DNA of 61,908 bases from the NCBI GenBank assembly GCA_043807015.1, contig JAZDGJ010000047.1, forward strand, positions 1-61,908, given 5' to 3'. The DNA is from Candidatus Woesearchaeota archaeon (GTDB taxonomy: Archaea; Nanobdellota; Nanobdellia; Woesearchaeales; UBA10216). This document shows, piece by piece, positions 27,038 to 36,172 of this stretch. The notes below the pieces were generated by a model, which worked only from the letters and a program-made list of their open reading frames with translations, made no database searches and was not told the origin of the DNA. A program made the position numbers and the translations under genes. The first letter of the stretch is position 1; every line of letters starts with the position of its first letter.

Positions 27038-27712
27038 TTAGAGTTTCCTTCTAGAAATCTTGTCAAAGAATGCGTTAACGTTCTTTAAGTCCCTCGCCAG
27101 CATCTCGTCAGTATTGGGAGCTTTTAGGGGCATTGCCTGGGAGAAGTCAATGAACACCGGCTTCTCGTTATAATTGAGTATATTGAAGCCAGACAGGTCT
27201 CCGTGTGCAAAGCCGGCTTTTTTGTACTTTCCAATCATCTCAAGGGTTTCCTTGCGGAACTTTTCAACGTCCTCTGGCGGCAAATCCTTGACTTTTGGAG
27301 AGGGGCCTTCGTCGCCAATCATCTCCATCACCAGTATGTTCTTCATGAATGTGATTGGCACAGGCACTCTAATGCCTGCTTCCCTTGCCGCAAGAAGGTT
27401 TCTATACTCGCGCTGGCACCAGGCGAATATGACATCCCGCCTTTTTCCCTTCAAGTAAGCAAACCTCGGGTCTGGCTTTATATAGGAATACATCTTGCCG
27501 AAATCGCAGGTTTCCAAGCGGTAAATCTTTATGATTATGCGCTCTTTTCCCCTTTGGGCTAAGAATATGTTTGCTTCCTTTCCTATGGAAATCGGGCTTA
27601 ATGTCTCATTGTCAAAATAGCCCTTTCCTGCAAGAACAAACAGGTTCCTATAGGTGAAATTATCAAATACGTCACCATGGGTCTTGAACTTCTCCCGCAT
27701 CTTGTTGGGCAT
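27038..27712 (-). CDS. RIO-type serine protein kinase
   Basis: ISIGKEANIF, IIKIYR and the catalytic HGDLSGFNIL with FIDFSQA. I start at M33 (27712), about 25 nt downstream of TTTATAAATA on the minus strand. Confidence 0.85.
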   Translation of the reverse strand: MPNKMREKFKTHGDVFDNFTYRNLFVLAGKGYFDNETLSPISIGKEANIFLAQRGKERIIIKIYRLETCDFGKMYSYIKPDPRFAYLKGKRRDVIFAWCQREYRNLLAAREAGIRVPVPITFMKNILVMEMIGDEGPSPKVKDLPPEDVEKFRKETLEMIGKYKKAGFAHGDLSGFNILNYNEKPVFIDFSQAMPLKAPNTDEMLARDLKNVNAFFDKISRRKL

Positions 27713-28122
27713 AAGGCTGGTTTGCTTATTGTTATTTATAAACCTTAGTAAAGTATTTATACTACTGCCGCCTTCCCCTGTTTTAGCTGTGCAAATGGGT
27801 CCTTCCATTAGCTGCTGATTGTATCAGCAAGCGATGAGTGGAAGACACTCTTGCTCAGGACAGCCCGCTACAGAGTTACCCTAGCGAGGGCGAACAACTA
27901 ATCACTGCTCAATCAATGAACATGGGAGTTAGCAGCGGGCAACAAACTTATAATTAAAGAATAGGACAAGCATCATCACATTCATCATTCAGCAAATGTA
28001 TATTGAGAGTGAATAAGGCAAAGCTTGTTCTATTTCAAGGTTGTAGGGGAGAATCATGCTCACAATATCACGCATTGGAAAGCACGTCTTCTACAGCCAG
28101 GTCTAAACCCGGAGGAATTAAA

Positions 28123-29391
28123 ATGGGAAAGATAAGTCCAGTATCAGCTAAATACATTGTTCATGCCAACATCCAGATTGACGGCGTAGTGGACAAGCCT
28201 GACGTAATAGGTGCTATATTCGGGCAGACAGAGGGCTTGCTTGGAGCAGAGTTAGAGCTCAGGGAGCTTCAGAGGTCAGGAAGAATCGGCAGGATTGAAG
28301 TGAATACTGACACCAAGGGGGGCAAAACCTCGGGTGTAATAACCGTACCTTCTTCCCTTGACAAGGCAGAAACAGCAATTGTGGCAGCCGCTTTGGAGAT
28401 AATCCAGCGGATCGGTCCATGCAATGCCAACATTAAGGTAGAAAAGATTGAAGATGTTCGTGTTTCTAAGAGGCAGTTTGTCATTACAAGAGCTAAGGAG
28501 CTCTTAAAGAACCTGATGGACAGCGTCATGCCTGACTCGCAGGAACTGGCAGATGAAGTTACATATTCTGTCAGGGTGATGGAAATCCAGCAGTATGGCA
28601 AGGACAGGCTTCCTTCAGGTCCAGGAATTGATGAAAGCGACGAATTAATTGTGGTAGAAGGCAGGGCAGATGTCCTGAACATGTTGAAGCACGGCTTCAA
28701 GAACGTCGTTGGAATGGCGGGAACATCTGTTCCAGAAACCATAATTGAGCTGAGCAAGAAGAAGATAATAACCGCATTTGTCGACGGCGACAGGGGAGGA
28801 GACCTGATTATAAAGGAGCTTCTTGCAGTTGCTGACATAGACTATGTCACAAAAGCTCCTGATGGAAAGGAAGTTGAGGAGCTTGCAAAGAAGGAAATCC
28901 ACAAAGCACTCAGGGCAAGGGTTGCAACAGAGCAGGTGAAGATGGACCTTCCTGCAAGGGAAGATTCTGAAAAGCCCAGATACCCGCATCCTGCTCCCCC
29001 GCAGCAGAGACCAATGCCATTGCAGCAGCCTCAGAGAAGGCCTCCATATCCTGCAGAAAGAATAGACAGGCAGGAAAGGGTTGAACGGGCTCCGGCAATA
29101 ACTGACCATGAAAAAGAGGTCTTCAGCGGCATGTCAGAAGACCTTATTGGCACTCGCGGCGCGTATCTGCTTGATGACAAGCTCAGCATACTCGGCAAAG
29201 TGCCCGTAAGCGAGCTGATGGCTACATTGAAAAATGTGACTAATGTCTACGCAGTAGTCTTTGACGGCTCAATAGACAAGGACCTCGTTATGGTCGCTGA
29301 AAAAGCGAATATCAAGCACCTTGTGGCAATGGACTCGAAAGTGAAACCGCAGGAAACAAGGATTGTGCTATCAACAATAAATGAGCTTTAG
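28123..29391 (+). CDS. dnaG: Archaeal DnaG-type primase (Toprim)
   Basis: ATG at 28123 after GGAGG. The N-terminus AKYIVHANIQIDGVVDKPDVIGAIFGQTEGLLG is typical of archaeal DnaG. Toprim motifs are LIVVEGRADV and FVDGDRGGDLI. Confidence 0.9.
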   Translation: MGKISPVSAKYIVHANIQIDGVVDKPDVIGAIFGQTEGLLGAELELRELQRSGRIGRIEVNTDTKGGKTSGVITVPSSLDKAETAIVAAALEIIQRIGPCNANIKVEKIEDVRVSKRQFVITRAKELLKNLMDSVMPDSQELADEVTYSVRVMEIQQYGKDRLPSGPGIDESDELIVVEGRADVLNMLKHGFKNVVGMAGTSVPETIIELSKKKIITAFVDGDRGGDLIIKELLAVADIDYVTKAPDGKEVEELAKKEIHKALRARVATEQVKMDLPAREDSEKPRYPHPAPPQQRPMPLQQPQRRPPYPAERIDRQERVERAPAITDHEKEVFSGMSEDLIGTRGAYLLDDKLSILGKVPVSELMATLKNVTNVYAVVFDGSIDKDLVMVAEKANIKHLVAMDSKVKPQETRIVLSTINEL

Positions 29392-30014
29392 CTGAAGCTA
29401 ATCACTTCAGCTTTGCTCAGAATTTTCTTTATATAATCCTGCTTATATTCTTCCTGTCTTACTTTTGTCAGCTCATCAGTGAGATTTTTCTCCATCTGGT
29501 CAAAAGTGATGTTGGTGTTATTATAGCGCTCATTATACAGCTTCAGGACGTCATTATATTTTATTATAAACTGCAACGGAAGCTGGGCTTCAACAAGCTT
29601 TTTGACAGTAAGCTCTGCATTTAAAACAGACATAAAATATCCGAGAGTTAGGTTTTTCTGAGCCAGCATTCTCTCAAATTGTGCCCTCGTTAGGTTTCTT
29701 CCCGCAATAAATCTGCTAAATTCCTGCTCTGTTTCGTTGCCCTTCACAATAACACCCTGCTTAGCCGCCTCACTTGCCAGCACAGAACGCGTAATCAGGA
29801 CATTAAGGGCATCCTGCCTTGAAATGCCTGTGCCTATAAGCGCCATACGGCTAATTTCATTTGTAACATCATCTGAATAAATAGCCTGCCCTCCGGCTAT
29901 GGCAACGATTTCCCTTGAAGTAGGCTGCGGCTGCTCGCTAGTCCCATGGTTAAGGATGAAAAAAGCCGCAACTGCCACAAGAATTATTCCTCCAACAAAC
30001 CACTTCCATTCCAT
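29388..30014 (-). CDS. Membrane-anchored SurA-N/PpiD-like chaperone-domain protein (no PPIase domain seen)
   Basis: An N-terminal TM segment is followed by a helical region resembling the SurA N-terminal domain (..VLITRSVLASEAAKQGV..EFSRFIAG..FERMLAQKNLTLGYF..). The assignment is by eye. Confidence 0.4.
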   Translation of the reverse strand: MEWKWFVGGIILVAVAAFFILNHGTSEQPQPTSREIVAIAGGQAIYSDDVTNEISRMALIGTGISRQDALNVLITRSVLASEAAKQGVIVKGNETEQEFSRFIAGRNLTRAQFERMLAQKNLTLGYFMSVLNAELTVKKLVEAQLPLQFIIKYNDVLKLYNERYNNTNITFDQMEKNLTDELTKVRQEEYKQDYIKKILSKAEVISFS

Positions 30015-30055
30015 ACCTTGCTGGCGTTATAGGTTGGTTATAAATCTTATGGAGT

Positions 30056-30165
30056 TGCCAGCAAAGTCTGGCTCCCTTAGGTCGGCATAAAGCCGACCGG
30101 TTACGACATCGTTTGGTCCGTGGGGCTTTATGCCCCACTTGAGCGCGTAGACAGAGCGCCTGTCA
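30056..30165. repeat. Copy 1 of a ~110-nt structured repeat element
   Basis: By hand alignment I count about 11 differences from 38391..38499. The four hairpins are GCCAG/CTGGC, GTCGGC-ATAAA-GCCGAC, GTGGGGC-TTTAT-GCCCCAC and GACAG-AGCGC-CTGTC. Confidence 0.8.
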
Positions 30166-30200
30166 AAACCTTTAAATAGCTTCTTAGCAAGAAAATAAAT

Positions 30201-31463
30201 ATGGGAAAAAAGAGGGCAAGTTCTCAGATAGACTGGATAATAAGCCTCGCCATTTTCCTGCTCTACCTTGCCTGGTTTTTTGTCTACGTAAGGAACCTTG
30301 TACAGCCATCGCAGAGCATTGACACGCTTCTTTCAGACATGAGGGATGCATTTGTCAGGAACTCCACCTGGAGCGTCAGCTTAATGCCGCTGTTTGTCAG
30401 GACCAATATGAGCGGAACAGAGCCGATAATTACTGACTTCAACCTCGGCTGGAAAAACTTTTCCTTTAGTGATAATGCCTATTTTGAATTAAGGAGTAAC
30501 AAGCTCTTCTTCATCAAGAACCTGATTTCCGGAGTTAACACCTATTACCTTGCGCAGTCTGATGACTCGTATTCACTCCCTGAAACAAGCTTTGAGTTGG
30601 ATGCATCTGCAGATATTGCTACAATGAACTCTGAAGCATTCACCGCAGAGATTGAGAACTCGCTAATCTCAAAAATAGGCTACGACGGGAGCACAGGGCT
30701 TACAAGCCTTCAGATAAGCCTGAATAGTGAGCCTGTAGACCCGTTGTCCGCAGTTAAGAAAACAAATATTACCTCAATGCTGGCTGAATACAGGTTTGAA
30801 ACCCAGTCTTTTAACCAGTCAGCTTTTATCATTTCAGGCTTTCCGCGGGTAATCAGCTATGTGTGGCTTAGCAACGCCCAAAACAATGTCACCATAAGCA
30901 TGACGCTGGCAAATTACACCCACTATTATGTCGCAGAAGATGACGCAGGAGGCATTGCTTATAATTCTTCAATATGCCGGACAAGAGAAACAAGGTATAT
31001 GGACTTTTACAACGCATACAACGGAGTTACGATAATAACATCTGACATTGCAAAAATCAGGAACTGCCAAGATGAAGACGGGCTGCAGGTGACGCTGGAG
31101 ATTCCTGCTAAGAACGAAACAAGGTATGACCTCATATTCCACGAGGGAGGCTACAATTCAACGATTAAATACATTTCAAATTATGCCGCTGAATTTGGAA
31201 TGGCGCAAAACCTGACAGGCATATCCTTGGATGCAGTCGGGAGAATAAACTCCACAGACTATGGAGTGCTGAAAACGCAGTGGCAGTATCCTGAAAAAAG
31301 GGACTTTAACTTCATCCTTTCAAACAGCACAGACGCAACAATCTACGATTATTCGCCTGTGAGCCCTGGAAATGAAAACGTCTTTGCAATGCAGGAAAAG
31401 CTGTATGCACTGGACAAGAACGGAAACAGGGAGCTCTACAAGCTGAGGCTGCTGGGATGGTAG
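30201..31463 (+). CDS. Membrane-anchored extracellular protein (possible class III/pilin-like signal)
   Basis: MGKKRASSQIDWIISLAIFLLYLAWFFVY has a basic stretch, a small residue, an acidic residue at about +5 and then a hydrophobic helix. TATA CCTTTAAATAGC lies about 25 nt upstream. Confidence 0.6.
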   Translation: MGKKRASSQIDWIISLAIFLLYLAWFFVYVRNLVQPSQSIDTLLSDMRDAFVRNSTWSVSLMPLFVRTNMSGTEPIITDFNLGWKNFSFSDNAYFELRSNKLFFIKNLISGVNTYYLAQSDDSYSLPETSFELDASADIATMNSEAFTAEIENSLISKIGYDGSTGLTSLQISLNSEPVDPLSAVKKTNITSMLAEYRFETQSFNQSAFIISGFPRVISYVWLSNAQNNVTISMTLANYTHYYVAEDDAGGIAYNSSICRTRETRYMDFYNAYNGVTIITSDIAKIRNCQDEDGLQVTLEIPAKNETRYDLIFHEGGYNSTIKYISNYAAEFGMAQNLTGISLDAVGRINSTDYGVLKTQWQYPEKRDFNFILSNSTDATIYDYSPVSPGNENVFAMQEKLYALDKNGNRELYKLRLLGW

Positions 31464-31837
31464 GCAAGAAAGCATACATGAAAACCGCAGAAGCTGTAAT
31501 AGCAATAGCCATAACTTTCACCATGCTGATGGCCTTCATGAGCCAGAAGAGCACCACCCAGGCAGGCAAATTGCCTGAGAACTTTCTTGACACACTTAAG
31601 GATGACCAGGACTTCCGAAGCTGCGTGCAGTCAAAGGACTCTGTCTGCATAAACCAGAGCCTTGACAGGATTATCCCGGACAGCTACAGCTTCACCTTCA
31701 ACATCTCAGAGGACCCGAACGCAATTGTCTCAGAAGACCTGCCTGAAAAAAGAGTGTATGCGAATGCCGTGCTCCTGTCAGGCAACACAACTGACAGCAC
31801 AATAAGAATAATGAGAGTGTTCTACTGGACGAAGTGA
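31457..31837 (+). CDS. Small N-terminally anchored protein, operonic with 30201..31463
   Basis: MVGKKAYMKTAEAVIAIAITFTMLMAF. It overlaps the upstream gene by 7 nt. Confidence 0.55.
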   Translation: MVGKKAYMKTAEAVIAIAITFTMLMAFMSQKSTTQAGKLPENFLDTLKDDQDFRSCVQSKDSVCINQSLDRIIPDSYSFTFNISEDPNAIVSEDLPEKRVYANAVLLSGNTTDSTIRIMRVFYWTK

Positions 31838-31846
31838 AGGTAGAGT

Positions 31847-32254
31847 TCAGGCAGCTTTTTTCTTCATGCGCCAGTTAACCAAGAATAAAATTCCAATAAG
31901 AAATGATGGCACTGCGATTATAAGGGAAAAAGCGACAGTGATATACCATGGATCAACAATTGCAGTACCGGCTTCTCTTATAAGGTTCAGTATAATGAAT
32001 GAGATGCCTGCCAAAATAAAAACAATGCCGCCCACAATTTCATGCTTCCATGATATTATAATTACTGCAAGCAGGATTAATGCAGGAATGTTATGCATGA
32101 ATAATCCGAGGGCTATCCCTCCAGCGCTCCCCCCGGCCTCAAAGACATCCAGCGAAAACAAAGCCAGGAAAGCGACAAATATTATTCCCAGTATCCTTGG
32201 CGTCCAATATACGAAACTATTGATTTTTTTCTCCACGTCAGGATAAGCAGGCAT
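31847..32254 (-). CDS. Integral membrane protein (about four TM segments)
   Basis: Four hydrophobic segments and a basic C-terminus. Confidence 0.6.
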   Translation of the reverse strand: MPAYPDVEKKINSFVYWTPRILGIIFVAFLALFSLDVFEAGGSAGGIALGLFMHNIPALILLAVIIISWKHEIVGGIVFILAGISFIILNLIREAGTAIVDPWYITVAFSLIIAVPSFLIGILFLVNWRMKKKAA

Positions 32255-32329
32255 ACACCCATATAAATGTTATTACGCCCCGCTCCCTCAAAAGCAACAT
32301 TTATAAACCAAAACTCCTAAAAAACAGGT

Positions 32330-32638
32330 ATGCGCATAACCATTGACACCAAGGAAGACAAGCCTGAAGATATCAAAAAGGCAATTGAGCTCCTTAATCA
32401 AGTTCTTGGAACAGAGGCAAAGGTTGCAGCCGCGCCTGAAGGCATCTTTGACATATTCGGAAACAACCCCTCGCCAGCGCAGCCAGCACAGCCCTCGCAG
32501 CCATCCCAGCAGGCTGACATCTTCCAAGCGCCACAGCCTGAGCTTCAGAAAGAGGACTTTAACGTTGGCAACTACATAGAAACACCGCCATCAGAAGAGG
32601 AAGAGAAGGCAAAGAAAGAGATAAAGCCCTATTTCTGA
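32330..32638 (+). CDS. Small acidic protein with a P/Q-rich centre
   Basis: MRITIDTKEDKPEDIKKAIELL... followed by PSPAQPAQPSQPSQQ and an acidic tail. Confidence 0.5.
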   Translation: MRITIDTKEDKPEDIKKAIELLNQVLGTEAKVAAAPEGIFDIFGNNPSPAQPAQPSQPSQQADIFQAPQPELQKEDFNVGNYIETPPSEEEEKAKKEIKPYF

Positions 32639-32928
32639 CTGATTGACCAGCGGTTCTTGATGAATTCAAAAATACGGATTGTTATGACGACTGAAAACCC
32701 CTCTGCCAGGGTCATTGAAAAAGGCAGGCCGAGAATTTTTAAAAAATAAAATCCGGGATAGGAATAATACCCCCGGGTGAAGGAAACAATGTCAAAGTAA
32801 AACCCAAGAAGGCAGCCTGCCAAAAAGTAAAAGAAATACTTCCTCTTGTTTTCAGCAGTAAGTTGAATAGCCAAGTATGATGTTAAAAGCAAGACAAAAA
32901 GCCCATACCAAAGATATTGCTCATCCAT
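32629..32928 (-). CDS. Small three-TM protein, possible lycopene-cyclase-domain subunit
   Basis: YFDIVSFTRGYYSYPG...ILGLPFSMTLAEGF is reminiscent of heterodimeric CrtYc/Yd-type domains. It overlaps its partner gene by 8 nt. Confidence 0.35.
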   Translation of the reverse strand: MDEQYLWYGLFVLLLTSYLAIQLTAENKRKYFFYFLAGCLLGFYFDIVSFTRGYYSYPGFYFLKILGLPFSMTLAEGFSVVITIRIFEFIKNRWSISQK

Positions 32929-33199
32929 TTGTTGTCCCCAGCTTGTTTCCTATGAAATAGCAGAATGAAAGATAAGGCGCATAAAGAAGCCATGTGTAGA
33001 GGGATATGAACAGAACCTTTGGTGAGGAATGATACTGCCAGAATCCAAGATAAGTAGTCACATTCTCAAAAATAAATGCGAGCACTAGACCAAGGGCGCT
33101 CAATAGCAGGTAATCCTTCCTATGATTTTTATCCTTCCAAAAAAGGAGAAGGAACAGAAGCATGTTGAAGATAAAAAACAAATAATGTGGTATTGCCAT
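32921..33199 (-). CDS. Small three-TM protein, possible lycopene-cyclase-domain subunit
   Basis: IFENVTTYLGFWQYHSS resembles the W-x-Y block of lycopene cyclase domains. Confidence 0.35.
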   Translation of the reverse strand: MAIPHYLFFIFNMLLFLLLFWKDKNHRKDYLLLSALGLVLAFIFENVTTYLGFWQYHSSPKVLFISLYTWLLYAPYLSFCYFIGNKLGTTNG

Positions 33200-33235
33200 T
33201 AACTTTATATACCCCGAAACGCCTTTAAATATCTT

Positions 33236-33769
33236 ATGTTTAAAATAGCAAGGGAAGATTTGGAAAAATTCAGGAGCAGCGGGAAAAAAATCCTAATCCT
33301 GAAAAAAGTTAAGGAGAACCCTGCAAGAATCTGGTACAAATACAAAAATCCCCTCCTGCAAGCCTTTAATTATTCAATCGTGCTGTTTGCCAAGCCTCTT
33401 CCACCCTGTGAGTTCAAAAATCACCTTTACAGGCTGATTGGAGTGAAAATAGGGAAAAAAGTCTCAATCGCGCCAGACTGCATCCTTGATACAATCTTCC
33501 CTGAATTAATAAGAATAGACGACGACGTAATTATTGGCTGGGGAACGAAGCTATATACCCATGAATTTACCCAGAACACTGTAAGAATAGGAACAATCCA
33601 TTTCCATAACAATAGCCTAGTTGGGGAATGGTCAATACTCCGCCCCGGAATTGAAATCGGCGAAAACTCCCTTATTGCAGCCGCATCCTTTGTAAACAAG
33701 GATGTCCCGAAAAATTTGGTTGAGGGAGGAGTCCCTATCCACATCTTAATGCACGGAAACAGGAAGTGA
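33236..33769 (+). CDS. Hexapeptide-repeat (left-handed beta-helix) acyltransferase
   Basis: Imperfect hexapeptide repeats run through IGKKVSIAPDCILD...IRIDDDVIIGWGTKL...IGENSLIAAASFV. Confidence 0.65.
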   Translation: MFKIAREDLEKFRSSGKKILILKKVKENPARIWYKYKNPLLQAFNYSIVLFAKPLPPCEFKNHLYRLIGVKIGKKVSIAPDCILDTIFPELIRIDDDVIIGWGTKLYTHEFTQNTVRIGTIHFHNNSLVGEWSILRPGIEIGENSLIAAASFVNKDVPKNLVEGGVPIHILMHGNRK

Positions 33770-33817
33770 CGGCTATCTGAGCAAAGCTTTAATAGCACTT
33801 CAAAGCTACTCTTCGCT

Positions 33818-34234
33818 ATGGAGAAATACAGGTTCCTTGAGCACACTGCAGATGCCAAGTTCCAGGCTTATGGCGAGACTCTGGAAGAAGCCTTCACCAA
33901 TGCAGCTTCAGCCATGTTCTCCATAATGACTGACACAAGCAAGGTTGCGAAGAAAACTAAAAAAGCAATAGCAGTTGACGGCGACGACTTAAAATCGCTT
34001 CTTGTAAAGTTTCTCAGCGAATTTCTGTTCCTGCTGGACGCTGAGAATTTCCTGCTGAACAGCGTAGGCGATGTTAAAATAACCAAAACCAGCGGCAACT
34101 ACAAACTAAAGGCAGTAGCTTACGGCGACGACGCAGCAAACTACGAGACAAAGGGCGACATTAAGGCTGTCACGTACAGTGACATAAAGGTTGAGGAAAA
34201 GCCTCCAATGGTCCAAGTCGTTGTGGACATATAA
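33818..34234 (+). CDS. Archease (RtcB activator)
   Basis: YRFLEHTADAKFQAYGETLEEAF is the archease N-terminal signature. It lies directly upstream of rtcB. Confidence 0.9.
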   Translation: MEKYRFLEHTADAKFQAYGETLEEAFTNAASAMFSIMTDTSKVAKKTKKAIAVDGDDLKSLLVKFLSEFLFLLDAENFLLNSVGDVKITKTSGNYKLKAVAYGDDAANYETKGDIKAVTYSDIKVEEKPPMVQVVVDI

Positions 34235-34264
34235 TTTTTATAGGAATCGCAGAAAGTGATTGTT

Positions 34265-35686
34265 ATGGATGTAAAGAAAATCAATGACTACACCTGGGAA
34301 ATTGCAAAGCAGGCTGGCATGAAAGTTCCTGCAAGAATTTATGCTACTGAGAAGCTTCTTGAGAAGATAAAGCTTGACAGGACTTTGCAGCAGGCAATGA
34401 ATGTTGCGCATTTGAAGGGAATCCTCAAGTATTCTTATGTTATGCCTGATGCCCACGAGGGTTATGGTTTTCCAATCGGAGGCGTCGCGGCATTTGACGT
34501 AAATGAAGGCATAATATCTCCAGGAGGGATTGGCTATGACATAAATTGTGGAGTTCGCTTATTGAGAACAGATTTCAAGGCAGAGCAAATCACTTCTGCA
34601 AAACACAATCTCATCCAAGAGATGTTCAACAGTGTGCCATCTGGAGTTGGAAAAGGCAGCATTACAAAGCTTTCCAAGGAAGAGCTGCAGGAATTGCTTG
34701 TCAAAGGCTCCCAATGGGCGCTTGAAAGAGGCTATGGCACAAAAGACGACCTTGAAACTACAGAAGAAGGCGGCAGGATGAAAGAATCAGACCCGTCCGT
34801 GGTTTCTGAAAGGTCGCTAGCAAGGGGCAAGCCCCAGATCGGCACTTTGGGCGCAGGCAATCATTTTCTTGAAATCCAAAAGGTGGATGCAATCTACGAC
34901 GAGAAAACAGCAAGGCTTTTCGGAATAACAGAGCCCGGGCAGGTAACTGTCATGATACACTGCGGCAGCCGCGGCTTTGGGCATCAGGTTGCAACTGACT
35001 TTATTGAGGAGATGGAAAAGAAATACGGCTACAAGGACTTGCCGGACAGGGAGCTTGTAAACTCGCCAATACAATCAGAGCTTGGGCAGAAATACTTCAA
35101 AGCAATGGCTTGCGGGGTAAACTATGCTTTCGCCAACAGGCAGATGATTGTGCACTGGGTCAGGGAATCCTTCAAAAAAATTATGGGCACTGATGATGGC
35201 ATGAAGCAGGTCTATGATGTCTGCCACAACATTGCAAAAATCGAGAGGCATAATGTTGATGGCGAGCAGAGGACAGTCTGCGTGCACAGAAAAGGCGCAA
35301 CAAGGGCTTTTGGTCCTGGCAAGGAAGGAAATCCTGAAAGATACATGCAGACAGGGCACCCGGTTATTATACCTGGCAGCATGGGAACTGCAAGTTATGT
35401 TCTTACAGGCACAAAACAGGCAGAGGAATTAAGCTTTTCAAGCACTGCGCACGGCGCAGGAAGGACAATGAGCCGCGCAGCCGCAATCCACCAATTCAGG
35501 GGAGAGGGCATTGCCCGCGAGCTGTTAAGCCGCGGCATAGAAGTAAAGTCCGCAAGCTGGCTTTCATTGGCAGAGGAAGCGCCATCTGCATACAAAGACA
35601 TAGATGAAGTAATTAAAGCCTCAGAAGGCGCAGAAATCGCAAAGCCAGTCATAAGATTAGTACCCCTTGGCGTTGTAAAGGGCTGA
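34265..35686 (+). CDS. rtcB: RNA 3'-phosphate ligase RtcB
   Basis: MPDAHEGYGFPIGGV, GYDINCGVR, GAGNHFLE, HCGSRGFGHQ and SSTAHGAGR. Confidence 0.95.
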   Translation: MDVKKINDYTWEIAKQAGMKVPARIYATEKLLEKIKLDRTLQQAMNVAHLKGILKYSYVMPDAHEGYGFPIGGVAAFDVNEGIISPGGIGYDINCGVRLLRTDFKAEQITSAKHNLIQEMFNSVPSGVGKGSITKLSKEELQELLVKGSQWALERGYGTKDDLETTEEGGRMKESDPSVVSERSLARGKPQIGTLGAGNHFLEIQKVDAIYDEKTARLFGITEPGQVTVMIHCGSRGFGHQVATDFIEEMEKKYGYKDLPDRELVNSPIQSELGQKYFKAMACGVNYAFANRQMIVHWVRESFKKIMGTDDGMKQVYDVCHNIAKIERHNVDGEQRTVCVHRKGATRAFGPGKEGNPERYMQTGHPVIIPGSMGTASYVLTGTKQAEELSFSSTAHGAGRTMSRAAAIHQFRGEGIARELLSRGIEVKSASWLSLAEEAPSAYKDIDEVIKASEGAEIAKPVIRLVPLGVVKG

Positions 35687-35722
35687 GTAACATTTTTAAG
35701 CTGCCGCAGACCTCCTTCTTTT

Positions 35723-36172
35723 ATGGCTGAGGACGGTCTTGAGGCTTTCCTTCGAAAGCTTGCGGAAAAGGAAGGAATAGTTCTGGAGGAACAAGAAGCC
35801 GCAAGTTCGCATGTTTACATAAGGCTTATGATTGCGAGAGGATTTGATAACCAATACATATCGCATTGCTTTCTGATGGGAAAAGGCGTAACTACAGACA
35901 GTTTGGAAGGTGAGTTGCTTAGAGGCCAATGGACAATCCGAGCCAGAAGCCTGACGGAATTCGCTGGATACTATAGTGTGACACTGGAAAACAATGGCAT
36001 AAGATACCACAGAGATCCTTCTGAGAGCCTTCAAGTGACCAACGGTTACGCGAAGGTGAGCTTCAAGCTACTGAATCACGATGATGACAAAGAGGGAAAA
36101 CTGATGCTTAGCAATCTGCAGGAACTGCACAAATATATTCATGAAAATGCCGGAGAAATATTTGGCGCCTAA
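35723..36172 (+). CDS. Hypothetical protein
   Basis: Clean 149-aa ORF between rtcB and a convergent gene. No motif recognised. Confidence 0.45.
   Translation: MAEDGLEAFLRKLAEKEGIVLEEQEAASSHVYIRLMIARGFDNQYISHCFLMGKGVTTDSLEGELLRGQWTIRARSLTEFAGYYSVTLENNGIRYHRDPSESLQVTNGYAKVSFKLLNHDDDKEGKLMLSNLQELHKYIHENAGEIFGA

Noticed and set aside
28003-28122. N-terminal extensions proposed by the track for dnaG. The same applies to RIO (27713..27808), the coiled-coil gene (16298..16426) and the J-protein (61166..61267).
   Set aside because: The extensions lack conservation-type motifs and run through TATA boxes or structured elements. Internal ATGs sit about 25 nt downstream of TATA boxes or follow GGAGG-like sequences.
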